Shown: positions 28,209 through 39,423 of the stretch, one piece after another
Layout: each line of letters starts with the position of its first letter
Numbering within the stretch: the first letter of the stretch is position 1
Assembly: GCA_964487115.1 (NCBI GenBank)
Contig: CAZAPD010000062.1
Span: 1-55,268, forward strand
Source: an uncultured Thermococci archaeon
Lineage (GTDB): Archaea > Methanobacteriota_B > Thermococci > Thermococcales > Thermococcaceae
DNA: 55,268 bases
Reading direction: 5' to 3'
Translations under genes and position numbers: made by a program
Notes under the pieces: generated by a model
Told to the model about the DNA's origin: nothing
Seen by the model: only the letters and a program-made list of their open reading frames with translations
Databases searched by the model: none

Positions 28209-29080
28209 TGTATTTCCTCAAGTATCTCAATTTCTTTTGGTTCCTCCCTTTCTGTGGCATGAATTATGAAAGAGCCTCCTATTATTAATGAGGCTCCCAA
28301 AAGTTGTCTTGGTGTTAAAGTTTCTCCAAATATGAGGAATGCAAGGATGAGAGCAACGACAGGTTCTACTGTGGCCACTATGGATGCTCGACTGACCTCA
28401 ATCTCTTTAAGTGCATTGTTGTAGAAGATGTACCCCAGAAATGTGGGGAAAAATGCTAAGGCAAAGAGATATGGAAGAGATTCCGGAGGAACTTTAAAGT
28501 CTGTGAATGGTATGAGAAAGAGCATTCCAAATATCAAAGTGTAGAACAGTGCTTCTTCAGGCCTTTCATTTCTCACAGCAAATTTAGCGAGTATTCCATA
28601 GAGGGCATAGGTTACCCCAGTAAGCAAGCCCAAAACAACCGCTATGGGTGTTACTCTGCTCCCACTCAGGTCAACCACTAATACAACTCCAACTATAACC
28701 ATTCCGAGTGCAGTTGCTTTCTTTGATGTTATGGGCTCTTTGAAAAGGTAATAACCCATCAGTGTGGAGTAGATAGGAGCTGTGTATAGGAGGAGCACGG
28801 CGAGAGAGACTGAAGAAATTTTAACGGTATAGAAATATAGAGTGTAGAAAAGGAATATACTGAAGAATCCATAAACTGCGTAGAACTTCAGCCTGTCTCG
28901 ACTTATCGTGAATCCTCCTCTGAAAAAATTATAGGGAAGCAGTAGTATGAGAGCAAAGAAAACACGATAAAATACTATTGTAAAAGAATTGAGGCTAAAA
29001 CTATAGAGCAGCTTGGCAAAGATACCGAGGCTACCCCACATCGAAGCGGCGAGGAATACCAAGATGTATCCTTTTTTCAA
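28205..29080 (-). CDS. DMT/EamA family transporter
   Basis: About 10 TM; MWG, LYTAP and VEPV motifs. Confidence 0.9.
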   Translation of the reverse strand: MKKGYILVFLAASMWGSLGIFAKLLYSFSLNSFTIVFYRVFFALILLLPYNFFRGGFTISRDRLKFYAVYGFFSIFLFYTLYFYTVKISSVSLAVLLLYTAPIYSTLMGYYLFKEPITSKKATALGMVIVGVVLVVDLSGSRVTPIAVVLGLLTGVTYALYGILAKFAVRNERPEEALFYTLIFGMLFLIPFTDFKVPPESLPYLFALAFFPTFLGYIFYNNALKEIEVSRASIVATVEPVVALILAFLIFGETLTPRQLLGASLIIGGSFIIHATEREEPKEIEILEEIH

Positions 29081-29847
29081 AGTCCCACCTCAGGACCCAC
29101 TGGAAGTCTTCGTTTATGTGTGCTTTTCTGCATGAGGTTTTTGACGTATTGTACTATGTCAGGTGAAATCTCAAGTTCCTTGGCTATTTTCTCCTCTGAC
29201 ATTTTCAAGTCTACAAGACGGTAAAGGATTTCATCAAGAAGACGGTAGCTTATTCCGAGTTCATCCTCATCTGTTTGACCTTCCCACAGGCCAGCACTTG
29301 GTTTCTTTTCTATGATCCTATCAGGAACTCCGAGGCGTCTGGCAATTTCCCATACTTCTGTTTTGTACAGGTTTATCAGAGGGGCATAATCGCTTGCACC
29401 ATCCCCCCATTTTGTAAAGTACCCTGTGAGAAGCTCACTTCTGTTGCTCGTTCCAAGAACTAAGAGGTTTCTGGCGTTTGCATGGGCATATAGGAGTATC
29501 ATCCTTGTGCGTGCCATTATATTGCCCCTGCTCTTCTCATCGAGATTAATAGAGAGGGTATTTTCAAAGGAATTCACAACAGGTTTGATGTTTATAACCC
29601 TGTATTCTATGCCGAGCTCATCACAAACCAGCTTTGCATCCTTAACATCCTGTGTTTCATAGTATGGCATTATGAGACCGAGAACTCTATCTTTACCGAG
29701 AGCTTTAACCGCAAGGTATGCTGTAGTTGCGCTATCTATTCCTCCACTTATTCCTATAACAACGCCTTTCACCTTAGCCTCATCGACCTTTTGGGCTATA
29801 AATGACACCAGCTTTTCAATTACGGAGTCGTAATCAAGTTCTCTCAT
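29077..29847 (-). CDS. nadE: NH3-dependent NAD+ synthetase
   Basis: [23 protein letters not shown] and [14 protein letters not shown] motifs. Confidence 0.97.
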   Translation of the reverse strand: MRELDYDSVIEKLVSFIAQKVDEAKVKGVVIGISGGIDSATTAYLAVKALGKDRVLGLIMPYYETQDVKDAKLVCDELGIEYRVINIKPVVNSFENTLSINLDEKSRGNIMARTRMILLYAHANARNLLVLGTSNRSELLTGYFTKWGDGASDYAPLINLYKTEVWEIARRLGVPDRIIEKKPSAGLWEGQTDEDELGISYRLLDEILYRLVDLKMSEEKIAKELEISPDIVQYVKNLMQKSTHKRRLPVGPEVGL

Positions 29848-30316
29848 TCTTACCACCCCTTATCTCCCCCATGAACCTTATATATCCCATCATTGCAAAA
29901 GCACTCCCCACAATCATCAGGATGAAGGCGGGGATTGATAGCATTGAGTAGGGGTATCTAATTCCACTCATGTTGTAGGTATAATTAACTTTTCCGTATT
30001 CTACCGTTATGTGAGGGGTTGAATAGAGTTTAAGAATGAGGGTATCGTTAGAGAATACATGACTCGTCAAATTTCCCCCATGGTATATTATCACACTGGC
30101 ATTCCCAGAATTCATGATGAGAGTGCGGTTTTCAACATAATACTTCTTATCGAAGGTGGTGTTCAAAACATAGCTTCCGGGATTTAAGATTCCTTTAGTG
30201 CTGTAGCTACCGGGGTAGGATATCATCGCTATCAGTGACAGTATAAGTGCAAGAACGAGCATTACAAGCCCAGCTTTGATAAATGTGTTCTTCAAAGCTT
30301 CTCTAAAGCTCACCAT
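29834..30316 (-). CDS. hypothetical membrane protein (2 TM)
   Basis: N- and C-terminal hydrophobic helices; GGTGA RBS. Confidence 0.7.
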   Translation of the reverse strand: MVSFREALKNTFIKAGLVMLVLALILSLIAMISYPGSYSTKGILNPGSYVLNTTFDKKYYVENRTLIMNSGNASVIIYHGGNLTSHVFSNDTLILKLYSTPHITVEYGKVNYTYNMSGIRYPYSMLSIPAFILMIVGSAFAMMGYIRFMGEIRGGKNERT

Positions 30317-30348
30317 GTTTTTCACCTAAGAAATAAAATAAGAAAGGG

Positions 30349-31356
30349 TCAGATTTTGCCAACCAGATGGCATTCCGCAAAATGGCCATGTTCATACTCA
30401 ATAAGCTGCGGATGTTTGCTGTCGCAAAGCCCCATTTGAGCGTAAATACATCTTGGGTGGAATCTGCACCCAGGGGGTATGTTAACAGCATTTGGAACTT
30501 CACCTTTAATTGGGAGCTCCTTGATGATATTTCTCCTTTCTGGTTTCGGCTCAGGAACTGCTGCAAGCAGAGCTCTCGTGTAAGGGTGCAGTGGATTATC
30601 TATGACTCTCTTTGCAGGTCCCATTTCAACTATCCTTCCGAGATACATGACTGCAATGTAATCAGCAAAGTACCTCGCTGTTGAGAGGTCGTGGGTGATA
30701 TAGAGGTAGGTAACTCCCATCTTTTCCTTGAGTTCCTTCATCAATTCGAGAATCTCTGCCCTTATTGATACGTCGAGCATTGAAACAGGCTCATCGGCAA
30801 CGATGAAGGTTGGGTTCAATATGAGAGCTCGGGCTATAGCGACACGTTGCCTCTGGCCTCCTGAGATCATATGGGGAAATCTGCTTACGTAGTCTTCAGG
30901 AGGGGTTATTTTAACCATCTCAAGTGCTTTGAATATCAGCTCTTCTCTCTCTGCCTTTGTTTCACCTATGCCATGAATTAACAGAGGTTCCTCCAGAACA
31001 TCAAAAATTCTAAATCTTGGGTTTATAGACGAGAATGGATCCTGAAAGATTATCTGTACCTTTCTTCTGTATGCCTTTATTTCCTCCGTGGTTTTGAGCT
31101 CAGTGACATTTTGTCCCTCAAGATATATGTTGCCCTCAGTAGGTTCGAGCAACTTAACTACCAGTTTGCCTGTTGTTGTTTTACCACATCCGCTCTCTCC
31201 AACGAGAGCAAAAACCTCTTGTTTTCCAACTTCAAAGCTTATGTCATCCACTGCCCTAACGAATCTTTGTGGCTCGCCTTTCAGGGCACCAATGAGACCT
31301 CTCTTGATCGGAAAGTACTTCTTAAGATTTTCAACTTTGAGTATAGGTTCCGCCAT
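30349..31356 (-). CDS. peptide ABC transporter ATP-binding protein (OppF/DppF)
   Basis: GESGCGKT, ISGGQRQR, ADEP and GCRFHPRC motifs. Confidence 0.95.
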   Translation of the reverse strand: MAEPILKVENLKKYFPIKRGLIGALKGEPQRFVRAVDDISFEVGKQEVFALVGESGCGKTTTGKLVVKLLEPTEGNIYLEGQNVTELKTTEEIKAYRRKVQIIFQDPFSSINPRFRIFDVLEEPLLIHGIGETKAEREELIFKALEMVKITPPEDYVSRFPHMISGGQRQRVAIARALILNPTFIVADEPVSMLDVSIRAEILELMKELKEKMGVTYLYITHDLSTARYFADYIAVMYLGRIVEMGPAKRVIDNPLHPYTRALLAAVPEPKPERRNIIKELPIKGEVPNAVNIPPGCRFHPRCIYAQMGLCDSKHPQLIEYEHGHFAECHLVGKI

Positions 31357-31366
31357 TTTTCATCCC

Positions 31367-32332
31367 TCACAGTAGCCAGCATGCAGCATAGTGGTCTTTA
31401 TCAACTTCTACAAGCTCGGGTTCCTGTTCCTTACAAATCTGCATTGCGTATGGGCATCTTGGGTGGAATCTGCAGCCTTTTGGAGGTGTAATGAGGTTTG
31501 GTGGCTGTCCGGGGATAAATTCAAGCTTCTCAACATCTTCATGCAGTCTTGGTATTGATGCGAGCAGTTTCTGTGTGTAAGGATGGGCGGGTTCATAGTA
31601 TATCTTTTCACTGTCCCCTATTTCTATGATTTTACCTGCATACATGATCGCTACTTTGTCGCTGATTTCTGCAAGGATGCTAAGATCGTGAGTGATGAAT
31701 ATCATAGAAAGTCCAAGTTCTTTTTTAAGTTTCTTCATCAGATTAATTATCTGGGCCTGAACAACAACATCAAGAGCTGTTGTTGGCTCATCTGCTATAA
31801 CGACCTCAGGCTCAAGCAGTAATGCAGTTGCGATGATAACACGCTGTTTCATACCACCTGAAAGTTCATGGGGATAGCGGTAGACGATATCCGGGGAAAG
31901 ACCCACAAGCTCCAGATATTTCTGAGCTCTGTCTAATGCTTCCTCTCGTTCCATGCCTTTATGATATATTAGAGGCTCAATCATCTGGTATCCCACAGTA
32001 TATACGGGGTTAAGAGCATTCATTGCACCTTGAAATATCATTGAGATTTTCTGCCATCTAACTTCCTTTCTGAGGACATCTTCTGGGAGTCCAACTATCT
32101 CTCTCCCATCTATTTTAACACTTCCACTGACGATTTTTCCCGGCGGTGTAGGCATTCCCATTAAAGTAAAACCGAGGGAGGACTTGCCACATCCGCTTTC
32201 CCCGGCAAGTCCCATAACTTCTCCCTTTTTCAAAGTGAAACTTAGGTCGTCCACTGCTCTAACGACACCTTTGTTTGTAAAGTAGTACATTTTGAGATTG
32301 TTAACCTCAAGGACATTCTTGACCATCTTCAC
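31367..32332 (-). CDS. peptide ABC transporter ATP-binding protein (OppD/DppD)
   Basis: GESGCGKS, LSGGMKQR and DEPTTALD motifs. Confidence 0.95.
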   Translation of the reverse strand: MKMVKNVLEVNNLKMYYFTNKGVVRAVDDLSFTLKKGEVMGLAGESGCGKSSLGFTLMGMPTPPGKIVSGSVKIDGREIVGLPEDVLRKEVRWQKISMIFQGAMNALNPVYTVGYQMIEPLIYHKGMEREEALDRAQKYLELVGLSPDIVYRYPHELSGGMKQRVIIATALLLEPEVVIADEPTTALDVVVQAQIINLMKKLKKELGLSMIFITHDLSILAEISDKVAIMYAGKIIEIGDSEKIYYEPAHPYTQKLLASIPRLHEDVEKLEFIPGQPPNLITPPKGCRFHPRCPYAMQICKEQEPELVEVDKDHYAACWLL

Positions 32333-33771
32333 AACCTCCTGAGTCTTGGGTTGAGTACTCTATCCATAGCAATACCAATAAGCACAAAGGTTAGGGCTAC
32401 TAATGATATGGCTACTCCTGGTGGAATGACCCACCACCAGTATCCGTTTAATGTGGCACTGTTGGTCTGGGCATCATAGAGTATCTGCCCCCATGTAACC
32501 TTTGTTGGATCGCCGAGACCGAGGAAGCTTAGCGATGCTTCTGTAAGAACGGCACCTGGAACGCTAAGCGCCATTGATGCAAAGGCATATGGCATGATTT
32601 GTGGCATTATGTGCTTGAAGATGATTCTACCTGTCCCTGCACCGAGGGCTCTAGCTGCCTCCACATAGGTTTCCTCTTTAATCTGCAGTGCCATACTCCT
32701 CGCTACTTTTGCTATCCCTGTCCAACCGAACATCACCAACAGAAAGACTATTGTCCACAGAGTAACGTGACCCTTGAAAGCTGCTGCAAGGAGAATAAGT
32801 ATTGGTAAAGTTGGTATTGACGCAACGAACTCGTTAACTCTCTGCATAAATTCATCTTTCCATCCACCGAGATATGCACTCGTAACTCCAAAGGCAATTC
32901 CTATCAAAACACTGAGGACTGCAACTGAAACACCAATGACTAATGAGACCCTCGTTCCCCAAACGAGACCTGCCCATATATCTCTGCCCATGTAATCAGT
33001 TCCCATTAAACCATAGGTTCTTCCAGTAAAGATAATCTGCATATTGCTAAAGTCAACCTTATCCCCGGGGTTGAAGGTGAATATCTGAACTTCAAACTTA
33101 TACTTCCCCTTAAGGGGTTCTGGATTCACGAGTATCCCCTTTTGAGCTTTAGCAAAGAGAACGCTCATGACATCCATTGTGCTTATTATCGTTTCACGGT
33201 TTGATGCGACAACTTGAGGATCTTCAAACTGAGATGCCCACAGGAAAATAGCCTGTCTTACACTTCCCATCTTGGCAAGTTGGAATGTTTCACCGCTCGT
33301 AAAGTCAGTATCGAGGAGCTGAACAGTTTTGCCATCTGGTCTGGTAACTTTAATTACTATGTGGGCAGGATTTTCTAAGTTTGTCAGGTTAACCTTTATA
33401 TTTCTTATGAGGATGTTCTTCGGTGGCACATCATATCTATTGTCATAGGTAAATGTGAATTCGTAATATTTCATCCCTGAACCTAAACTTTGACCTTTAG
33501 CTCCGAATTTTACGTCATTGACCCCCCAAACTTCATGAGGAGCAAGTTTCTTGCTTGTAAAGTAGTTATACCATGTTGGGGGAACTGTTGTGGGATTTCC
33601 TTCCCAGTAACTGTGCCATTTTTTGGGTATGTCTGGAGATGTTATGTAAGGGGCTGCGAGGGCTGTGAAAATCAGCATAAACAGGAGGAATAAACCAAGT
33701 AATCCTCCCTTCTGCCTTCTGAATTCAGACCAGAAATCCAAGATACTCGCTTTTAGGTCTACCCATCTCAT
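32329..33771 (-). CDS. peptide ABC transporter permease (OppC/DppC)
   Basis: GTDYMGRD and EAARALGA (EAA loop); large extracellular insert. Confidence 0.95.
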   Translation of the reverse strand: MRWVDLKASILDFWSEFRRQKGGLLGLFLLFMLIFTALAAPYITSPDIPKKWHSYWEGNPTTVPPTWYNYFTSKKLAPHEVWGVNDVKFGAKGQSLGSGMKYYEFTFTYDNRYDVPPKNILIRNIKVNLTNLENPAHIVIKVTRPDGKTVQLLDTDFTSGETFQLAKMGSVRQAIFLWASQFEDPQVVASNRETIISTMDVMSVLFAKAQKGILVNPEPLKGKYKFEVQIFTFNPGDKVDFSNMQIIFTGRTYGLMGTDYMGRDIWAGLVWGTRVSLVIGVSVAVLSVLIGIAFGVTSAYLGGWKDEFMQRVNEFVASIPTLPILILLAAAFKGHVTLWTIVFLLVMFGWTGIAKVARSMALQIKEETYVEAARALGAGTGRIIFKHIMPQIMPYAFASMALSVPGAVLTEASLSFLGLGDPTKVTWGQILYDAQTNSATLNGYWWWVIPPGVAISLVALTFVLIGIAMDRVLNPRLRRL

Positions 33772-33782
33772 ATTCCATCACC

Positions 33783-34844
33783 TCATGTCTTCTGAGATGC
33801 ACCAACTTTAACTCTCGGGTCAAGGTATCCATAGAGTAAATCGGCAAGTATCATTGCAAAGAGGTAGAGCAGTGTAGTTACGAAGGTGATCCCCATGACA
33901 AGTCTAACGTCGTTCTGCTGAAGTGCTGTCCAATAAAGCCTCCCCATACCTGGCCAGTTGAAAACACTCTCTGTGATGATTGCACCACCGATTGAACCAA
34001 GCAAAGCGAAGATTGTCATTGTAATGATTGGTGGGGCGGCAGCTCTAAGGGCATGACCATAAATTACTTTCCTCTCAGGAACACCTTTAGCTCTGGCAGC
34101 CATTATGAAGTCCTCTTGCATGGTTCCAATCATTATGTTTCTTGTTGTCCATGCCCATCCTCCAAAGAGAACGAAGACTATTGTACCTACCGGGAGAACC
34201 ATGTGGTAGAGGACATCAAGATAATATGCAAAACCTGTTTTTGGTGGAATTGAAGTCATGCCAGAACCGGGGAACCAGCCGAGTTTGAATGAGAAGATGA
34301 GAATTGCAAGCATTCCAAACCACCACATTGGTATACTGCTGGTAACCATGGCAACTATCGAGATAGCTCTGTCGAACGCACTCCCTGCAATCTGGGCCGC
34401 TTTAACACCGAGTAGAATCCCAAGGAATATGACTATTATTTGTGCTGTGGTGAAAAGCAGAATTGTCCTTGGGACTGCTGCCATGATAATCTTAGCAATA
34501 TTTGTTTCTCCGAATATTGGGTTTCTTGTCTGACCGAAATTCAATGTTAGAGTATCTTTGGTTCTTTCCAAAACACGAACCCAAAAAGGCTTATCCAACC
34601 CATACATCTTCAACCTACGATTATATTCACGCTCATACCACTCATGATATTTTTGCGGATCCTTACTAAGTGCTTGGGCAAGCTGGGGATTACTCCTTAA
34701 ATATAAACCAATTTCTTCGTTGATACTTGATTTAATATCCTGCTCTGCGACTTTTGTAAAAAGCACCGAAACTAGTAGAGTTACTAACATAAGTACCAGT
34801 ATAGCATTTAAGATTCTGAATGCAAGGTAGCGTCCGTATCCCAA
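33783..34844 (-). CDS. peptide ABC transporter permease (OppB/DppB)
   Basis: AARAKG, HALR and ESVFNWPGMG motifs; TTG start. Confidence 0.95.
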   Translation of the reverse strand: MGYGRYLAFRILNAILVLMLVTLLVSVLFTKVAEQDIKSSINEEIGLYLRSNPQLAQALSKDPQKYHEWYEREYNRRLKMYGLDKPFWVRVLERTKDTLTLNFGQTRNPIFGETNIAKIIMAAVPRTILLFTTAQIIVIFLGILLGVKAAQIAGSAFDRAISIVAMVTSSIPMWWFGMLAILIFSFKLGWFPGSGMTSIPPKTGFAYYLDVLYHMVLPVGTIVFVLFGGWAWTTRNIMIGTMQEDFIMAARAKGVPERKVIYGHALRAAAPPIITMTIFALLGSIGGAIITESVFNWPGMGRLYWTALQQNDVRLVMGITFVTTLLYLFAMILADLLYGYLDPRVKVGASQKT

Positions 34845-35038
34845 ACCTCACACCTCCTGTGTATAGATATGTTCATTTGAGGATTTTTTGAACCATCAAC
34901 ATTTTCAGTCATGTAAAACTTTTATATATTTTTCTATTCCTTGGGAGCTTATGAGTAGAAACTTTGGAAGGACATTAGAAATTACACTTCAAATCTTAAA
35001 TAACATAGATATAGAAAGAGAAGGGAAAAAGGAAAACT

Positions 35039-37828
35039 TCACTTTCTTCTTCTGAGGAGGAGTGGGATTAGTGCGAGTCCTATCAGTGCTGCCGGACCAC
35101 AAGTCTTGCCACCACTCGTCGTTGAGGAAGTTGATGAAGAGCCTGTTGCTGAAGATGTTGATGACGTTGTTGTCGCAGAAGATGAGGATGTGGTAGTTGT
35201 TTGGGTTGGTGTTGGTTTGATGACGATTATTGTCTTCTTCTGTGTGAATGAGACTACACCTTTCATAAGGCCGCCTTTAACATAAACTATATACTTTCCA
35301 CCTTCGAGCTTCTTTGTCTCTGAAGCTGGGATTGTGAACTCAAAGACACCGTTCTGGGTGAGTTTGGCCTCTCCACTGTAGAGCAGGTCACCAGCTTCGT
35401 TTCTAAGTTCAACTGTTACAAATCCTTTGTTGGCGGGCTGAGTACCCTCAACAGGATACTGGACAACCATATCTGCCTTGACTATGACCTTAAGGTCATT
35501 TCCAGCAGTGACAGTTGTTGGAACTTCAAGACCAGCAAGCTGGAGCTTGGCAAGGAGAAGCTTGTTCTTCCAGTAGTCAAGAGTGAATGGATAGGTTGGA
35601 TCTCTAAATGCTTTGAGTTCGATGAACATTTTGTCTGGGTCGTATTTGTCGATGTAGAATGGTCCGTTGCTTACGACAAGGTTACCGTGCTCATTTGCCC
35701 AGTTGATTAATGCGGCGTAACCTGCTGTTGGATCTTTAACATCGTTCTGGATAGCCTTTGGAACGGCCTTCTCGGCCTCAAGCTTTTCGATAACCTTCTT
35801 CAAATCAGCAACGTGGTCCTTGACGAGGAGATCAAGCTGGGCAATGTTCTCACTCGACTGACTGAAGGAATACTGCTGTGAAACACCGTACTCCTTCCCG
35901 TGAGCAACAAGCTCACCCATAGCATACTCAAGCTGCCATGGTAAGGATGGGAACCAGACGTTGTTGGCTGCAGTAACATCATCTGCAATTGGGTGTGTAT
36001 TGTCTGTATAAACAACGTAGGTATCCTCATCAACGAAGACAAATCCTTTAACGAGCTTGAGTGTCTCACCAATGGCACCAGCAACCTTGTCATCATAGTA
36101 TGGATCGTTTGGTCCATCTCTGTAAGCCCACATGTAGCTGAAAGCTATGTCATACTTGAGATCTGCCATACTCATTGGTGTGCCGTCGTGCCAGTTGCTC
36201 CACTTGCATGTGTATGTGATTTTGGCCTTTGCGGTTTCACCAGCGTGAGCAGCAATCCAACCCTGAGTCTGGTTGTAGATAACGGCATCTTTTGGAACTG
36301 TGAAGTTGCCTCTCTCAACCTTGTAATCACATCTAACTGGAATATACGTACCAGTTGAAAGGTCAGTGTACATGCCCGGATCCGAGACCACCCTCCAGAT
36401 TGCATTTGAATAGACATCATCAAGCCCACCTATTGGGTTAAATGCACTCATGAAGAGCGAACCGGCCGAAGAATATTCAGCAACTCTAAGCTTCTTATCC
36501 GGTGTTTCAGCAGTTATGAGAGCCCACCTGGTCCAAAGACCGCTTGAAACATCCCTCGCTATGGCTTTAACTCTCTCTTTGTTGACTGGGAAGTATTCCC
36601 ATTGTTCTGCTATGAAGACTCTGACTGAGTCCATGATGGCGAGTCCCATGCTTATCTTTTGGAGGTCCCAGTAGTGGGCGAGATCTCCTTCCTTAAGCTC
36701 GTAAGTCTTGTTGTTAACAGTGACCTTGTTGAGAACGACAAGTTTGGTGACTTCTTCAATTGTCCAGTTGTAAATCTCTTTGAGCTTGTCTGGGGTGTTG
36801 TAGTACTGGAGGTTGAGTTTTTGAATTGCGGCTTCTGGGCCGCCGATGTAGTCAACAAATTCTTTAACTGTAGTTATCTTAGTTCCCTCTGGATAAGTGT
36901 TGGTGTTTCCGTTGAATGGAATCCATCCATAGTACCAAGCAGCGTTAAAGAATGCGACGTAATCATCAGGCCACTTAACGTTAGCAGTGCTTACCCAACC
37001 ACCAGTGTATAAGTTCCACTCATAATTCTTAGGATCAGTACCCCAAACAAGACCTCCTGCCTTTCTTCTATCGAGGATCATCCTATCAACTTTGAATCCC
37101 GCATACTTCTCAAGGAGGTGCGCAATGTAAAGACCTTCCTCTTTTCTCTCATCTTCAGTTCTTATGATGAATTTAACTGTAATTGGTTTGCCATTAAAGT
37201 ACCAGTATTCATTACCATCTTCAGCCTTCTTCTTTTCAAGTTTGTATCCCTCTTTGGAGAGATATTCAGCGGCTTTCTTCATGGCATCATCGATCATTTT
37301 CTGGGCTTTTTGAATATCTGCAGCACCGGTCATTCCAAGGGCTTTATAAACTGGCTCAAAATACTGGTCGGCGCCGGTACTCGGTCTTATTGGGCCAAAC
37401 ATTGGAGCACCTGAACCTTGAAGGATATTTTGAACAATGTATTGTCTGCTTATAAGCCAGTTGAGAGCAAATCTTATTTCCTTAATAGCAAATGGGTTAA
37501 AGTATTTTTCATTTCCGACTGTAACGAGATATGGGTTTCCGGGGTCGTGGTAGATGTTTATGGTGATTTCCCAGTAACCGCTTGCGGTTTTTATGAGTTT
37601 GAGGTTCTTCTTAACGTCTGCTGGGAGATCCTTGAATGCAGCCCCACCTACGGCGTGGAGGAAGATATCAAGATTTCCTTTTGCAACATCTGTAATTGCT
37701 GATTCCTGATTAGTCCTTGTACTGATGTAGACAACGTCTGCTGCAGGTCCTGGTTCAGCAGCTGCCGCAAGTGGCGACAGCAACATTACAAAAACAAACA
37801 ATAAAGCCAAAATTTCGGCCTTTCTCAT
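35039..37828 (-). CDS. peptide ABC transporter substrate-binding protein with CGP-CTERM anchor
   Basis: Signal peptide; NPF.IKEIRFALN, WHDG and SNGPF motifs; S/T linker; KTCGPAALIGLALIPLLLRRRK. Confidence 0.95.
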   Translation of the reverse strand: MRKAEILALLFVFVMLLSPLAAAAEPGPAADVVYISTRTNQESAITDVAKGNLDIFLHAVGGAAFKDLPADVKKNLKLIKTASGYWEITINIYHDPGNPYLVTVGNEKYFNPFAIKEIRFALNWLISRQYIVQNILQGSGAPMFGPIRPSTGADQYFEPVYKALGMTGAADIQKAQKMIDDAMKKAAEYLSKEGYKLEKKKAEDGNEYWYFNGKPITVKFIIRTEDERKEEGLYIAHLLEKYAGFKVDRMILDRRKAGGLVWGTDPKNYEWNLYTGGWVSTANVKWPDDYVAFFNAAWYYGWIPFNGNTNTYPEGTKITTVKEFVDYIGGPEAAIQKLNLQYYNTPDKLKEIYNWTIEEVTKLVVLNKVTVNNKTYELKEGDLAHYWDLQKISMGLAIMDSVRVFIAEQWEYFPVNKERVKAIARDVSSGLWTRWALITAETPDKKLRVAEYSSAGSLFMSAFNPIGGLDDVYSNAIWRVVSDPGMYTDLSTGTYIPVRCDYKVERGNFTVPKDAVIYNQTQGWIAAHAGETAKAKITYTCKWSNWHDGTPMSMADLKYDIAFSYMWAYRDGPNDPYYDDKVAGAIGETLKLVKGFVFVDEDTYVVYTDNTHPIADDVTAANNVWFPSLPWQLEYAMGELVAHGKEYGVSQQYSFSQSSENIAQLDLLVKDHVADLKKVIEKLEAEKAVPKAIQNDVKDPTAGYAALINWANEHGNLVVSNGPFYIDKYDPDKMFIELKAFRDPTYPFTLDYWKNKLLLAKLQLAGLEVPTTVTAGNDLKVIVKADMVVQYPVEGTQPANKGFVTVELRNEAGDLLYSGEAKLTQNGVFEFTIPASETKKLEGGKYIVYVKGGLMKGVVSFTQKKTIIVIKPTPTQTTTTSSSSATTTSSTSSATGSSSTSSTTSGGKTCGPAALIGLALIPLLLRRRK

Positions 37829-38184
37829 CCTTTAGCCTCCTTCAAGTTTTCATATCTCATACAATACTGCATTGCATAGTGTATAATGGCATAAACTTAT
37901 ACATCTAAAGCCCTTTTAAGAGTTACGTTGTTGTAAAAGTAACAGAAGAAAATAGCAGTAAAATACTACAAATTGGCTAAGCGGGAGATACATGACAAGA
38001 TTTTACCCAATGCGATGTACATACATAGTTAATTCTTCATTAAAAGATCCGCAATGTTATATAAACCATCAAAACCTCATCCAATAATGGAGAAATCTGA
38101 AAAAATCATCTCCACACAGATTTGAGTTCAGAGGCATGATTTCATACTATCAAAAACCTTAAAACAGACTGTTTTATAAGGTTC

Positions 38185-39423
38185 ATGCGGGTACTCATGG
38201 AAGATCTCGTTATACAGGGCAGGTTTATACTGGATGGTGAAGTAGTAACCGGTTATATCGGTATATCTGGTGGGAAAATAAATAGGTTTTCAAAAGCTCC
38301 ACTCCCTGGGAGGAATATAATAAAGCTCAGATGTCATGAAATCCTCCTTCCGGGAATGATAGATGTACACGTGCATCTCAGGGACTTCAATCAGAAGAAA
38401 AAGGAGACGGTTGAAAGCGGAACGAAGGCAGCCCTCCATGGAGGCATAACAACTGTTTTTGATATGCCAAATACAAATCCTCCTGTTATGGACAGAGAGA
38501 TCTTCAAAAAAAGAGCGGAACTCTTCAAGAAAAAATCATATGCAGACTATGCACTTGGATTTCTGATTGCCGGGAACTGTGAAGAAGCCCAGAGGGTGGA
38601 AGCTGATTTTTACAAAAGCTTTATGGGGGCTTCGACGGGAGGGGTATACTCCGAAAACTTCACAGGAGATTATTCCTGTGCAAAGAGAAGGTTGAGTGTC
38701 CATGCAGAAGATTCCACGCTGATCCAGAAATTCCCTGAGAGGCCTAATATTGTTGAGGATATGGCAATAAAAAAAGCACTTCATGCCGCAAAAATCATTA
38801 AAAAACCCCTAAACATCTGCCATGTCTCAACGAGTGGTGGTCTTCGGAGCATACTCGATATGGCACTGCCATGGGTTAGCTTTGAGGTAACACCGCATCA
38901 TCTGTTCTTAACAAAGGAGGATTATAGGAAAAACAGACTCCTCAAGGTTTATCCTCCCTTAAGAAGCAGAGAGGATGTTAGTTTCTTGTGGAAAAATCTG
39001 GGCAAAGTCCCTTTAATAGCCAGTGATCATGCACCACACACGCTGGAAGACAAAGAAAACGGTGCCGCTGGAATCCCTGGATTAGAAACAGAGCTGTCAT
39101 TGCTGTTGGATGCATGGAATAGAGGAATGATAGATCTGGTTGATATAGTGAAGAAAACCTCTATAAATCCGGCGGAAATCTTTGGGATAGAGAATAAGGG
39201 ATTTGGCATCGGAAAGGATGCCGATCTGATCGTTGTGGATTTAAAGGAAGAATGGAAGGTCAAACCTGAAGAATTTTATACCAAAGCAAAATGGAGCCCG
39301 TGGGAGGGTAGAAAGCTGAAAGGAAAAGTTAGGATGACCCTGCTGAGAGGAGAGGTGGTTATGGAGGATGATGAAATCATAGGAAAGCCAAAGGGGGTTC
39401 GTATAAATGCTTCGCAGGATTAG
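38185..39423 (+). CDS. pyrC: dihydroorotase (start possibly 38197)
   Basis: DVHVHLR, DMPNT, HAED, PPLR and SDHAPH motifs. Confidence 0.95.
   Translation: MRVLMEDLVIQGRFILDGEVVTGYIGISGGKINRFSKAPLPGRNIIKLRCHEILLPGMIDVHVHLRDFNQKKKETVESGTKAALHGGITTVFDMPNTNPPVMDREIFKKRAELFKKKSYADYALGFLIAGNCEEAQRVEADFYKSFMGASTGGVYSENFTGDYSCAKRRLSVHAEDSTLIQKFPERPNIVEDMAIKKALHAAKIIKKPLNICHVSTSGGLRSILDMALPWVSFEVTPHHLFLTKEDYRKNRLLKVYPPLRSREDVSFLWKNLGKVPLIASDHAPHTLEDKENGAAGIPGLETELSLLLDAWNRGMIDLVDIVKKTSINPAEIFGIENKGFGIGKDADLIVVDLKEEWKVKPEEFYTKAKWSPWEGRKLKGKVRMTLLRGEVVMEDDEIIGKPKGVRINASQD

Noticed and set aside
35115..35220. Low-complexity GTT/GAT repeats
   Set aside because: They encode the ordinary S/T linker before the CGP-CTERM anchor.
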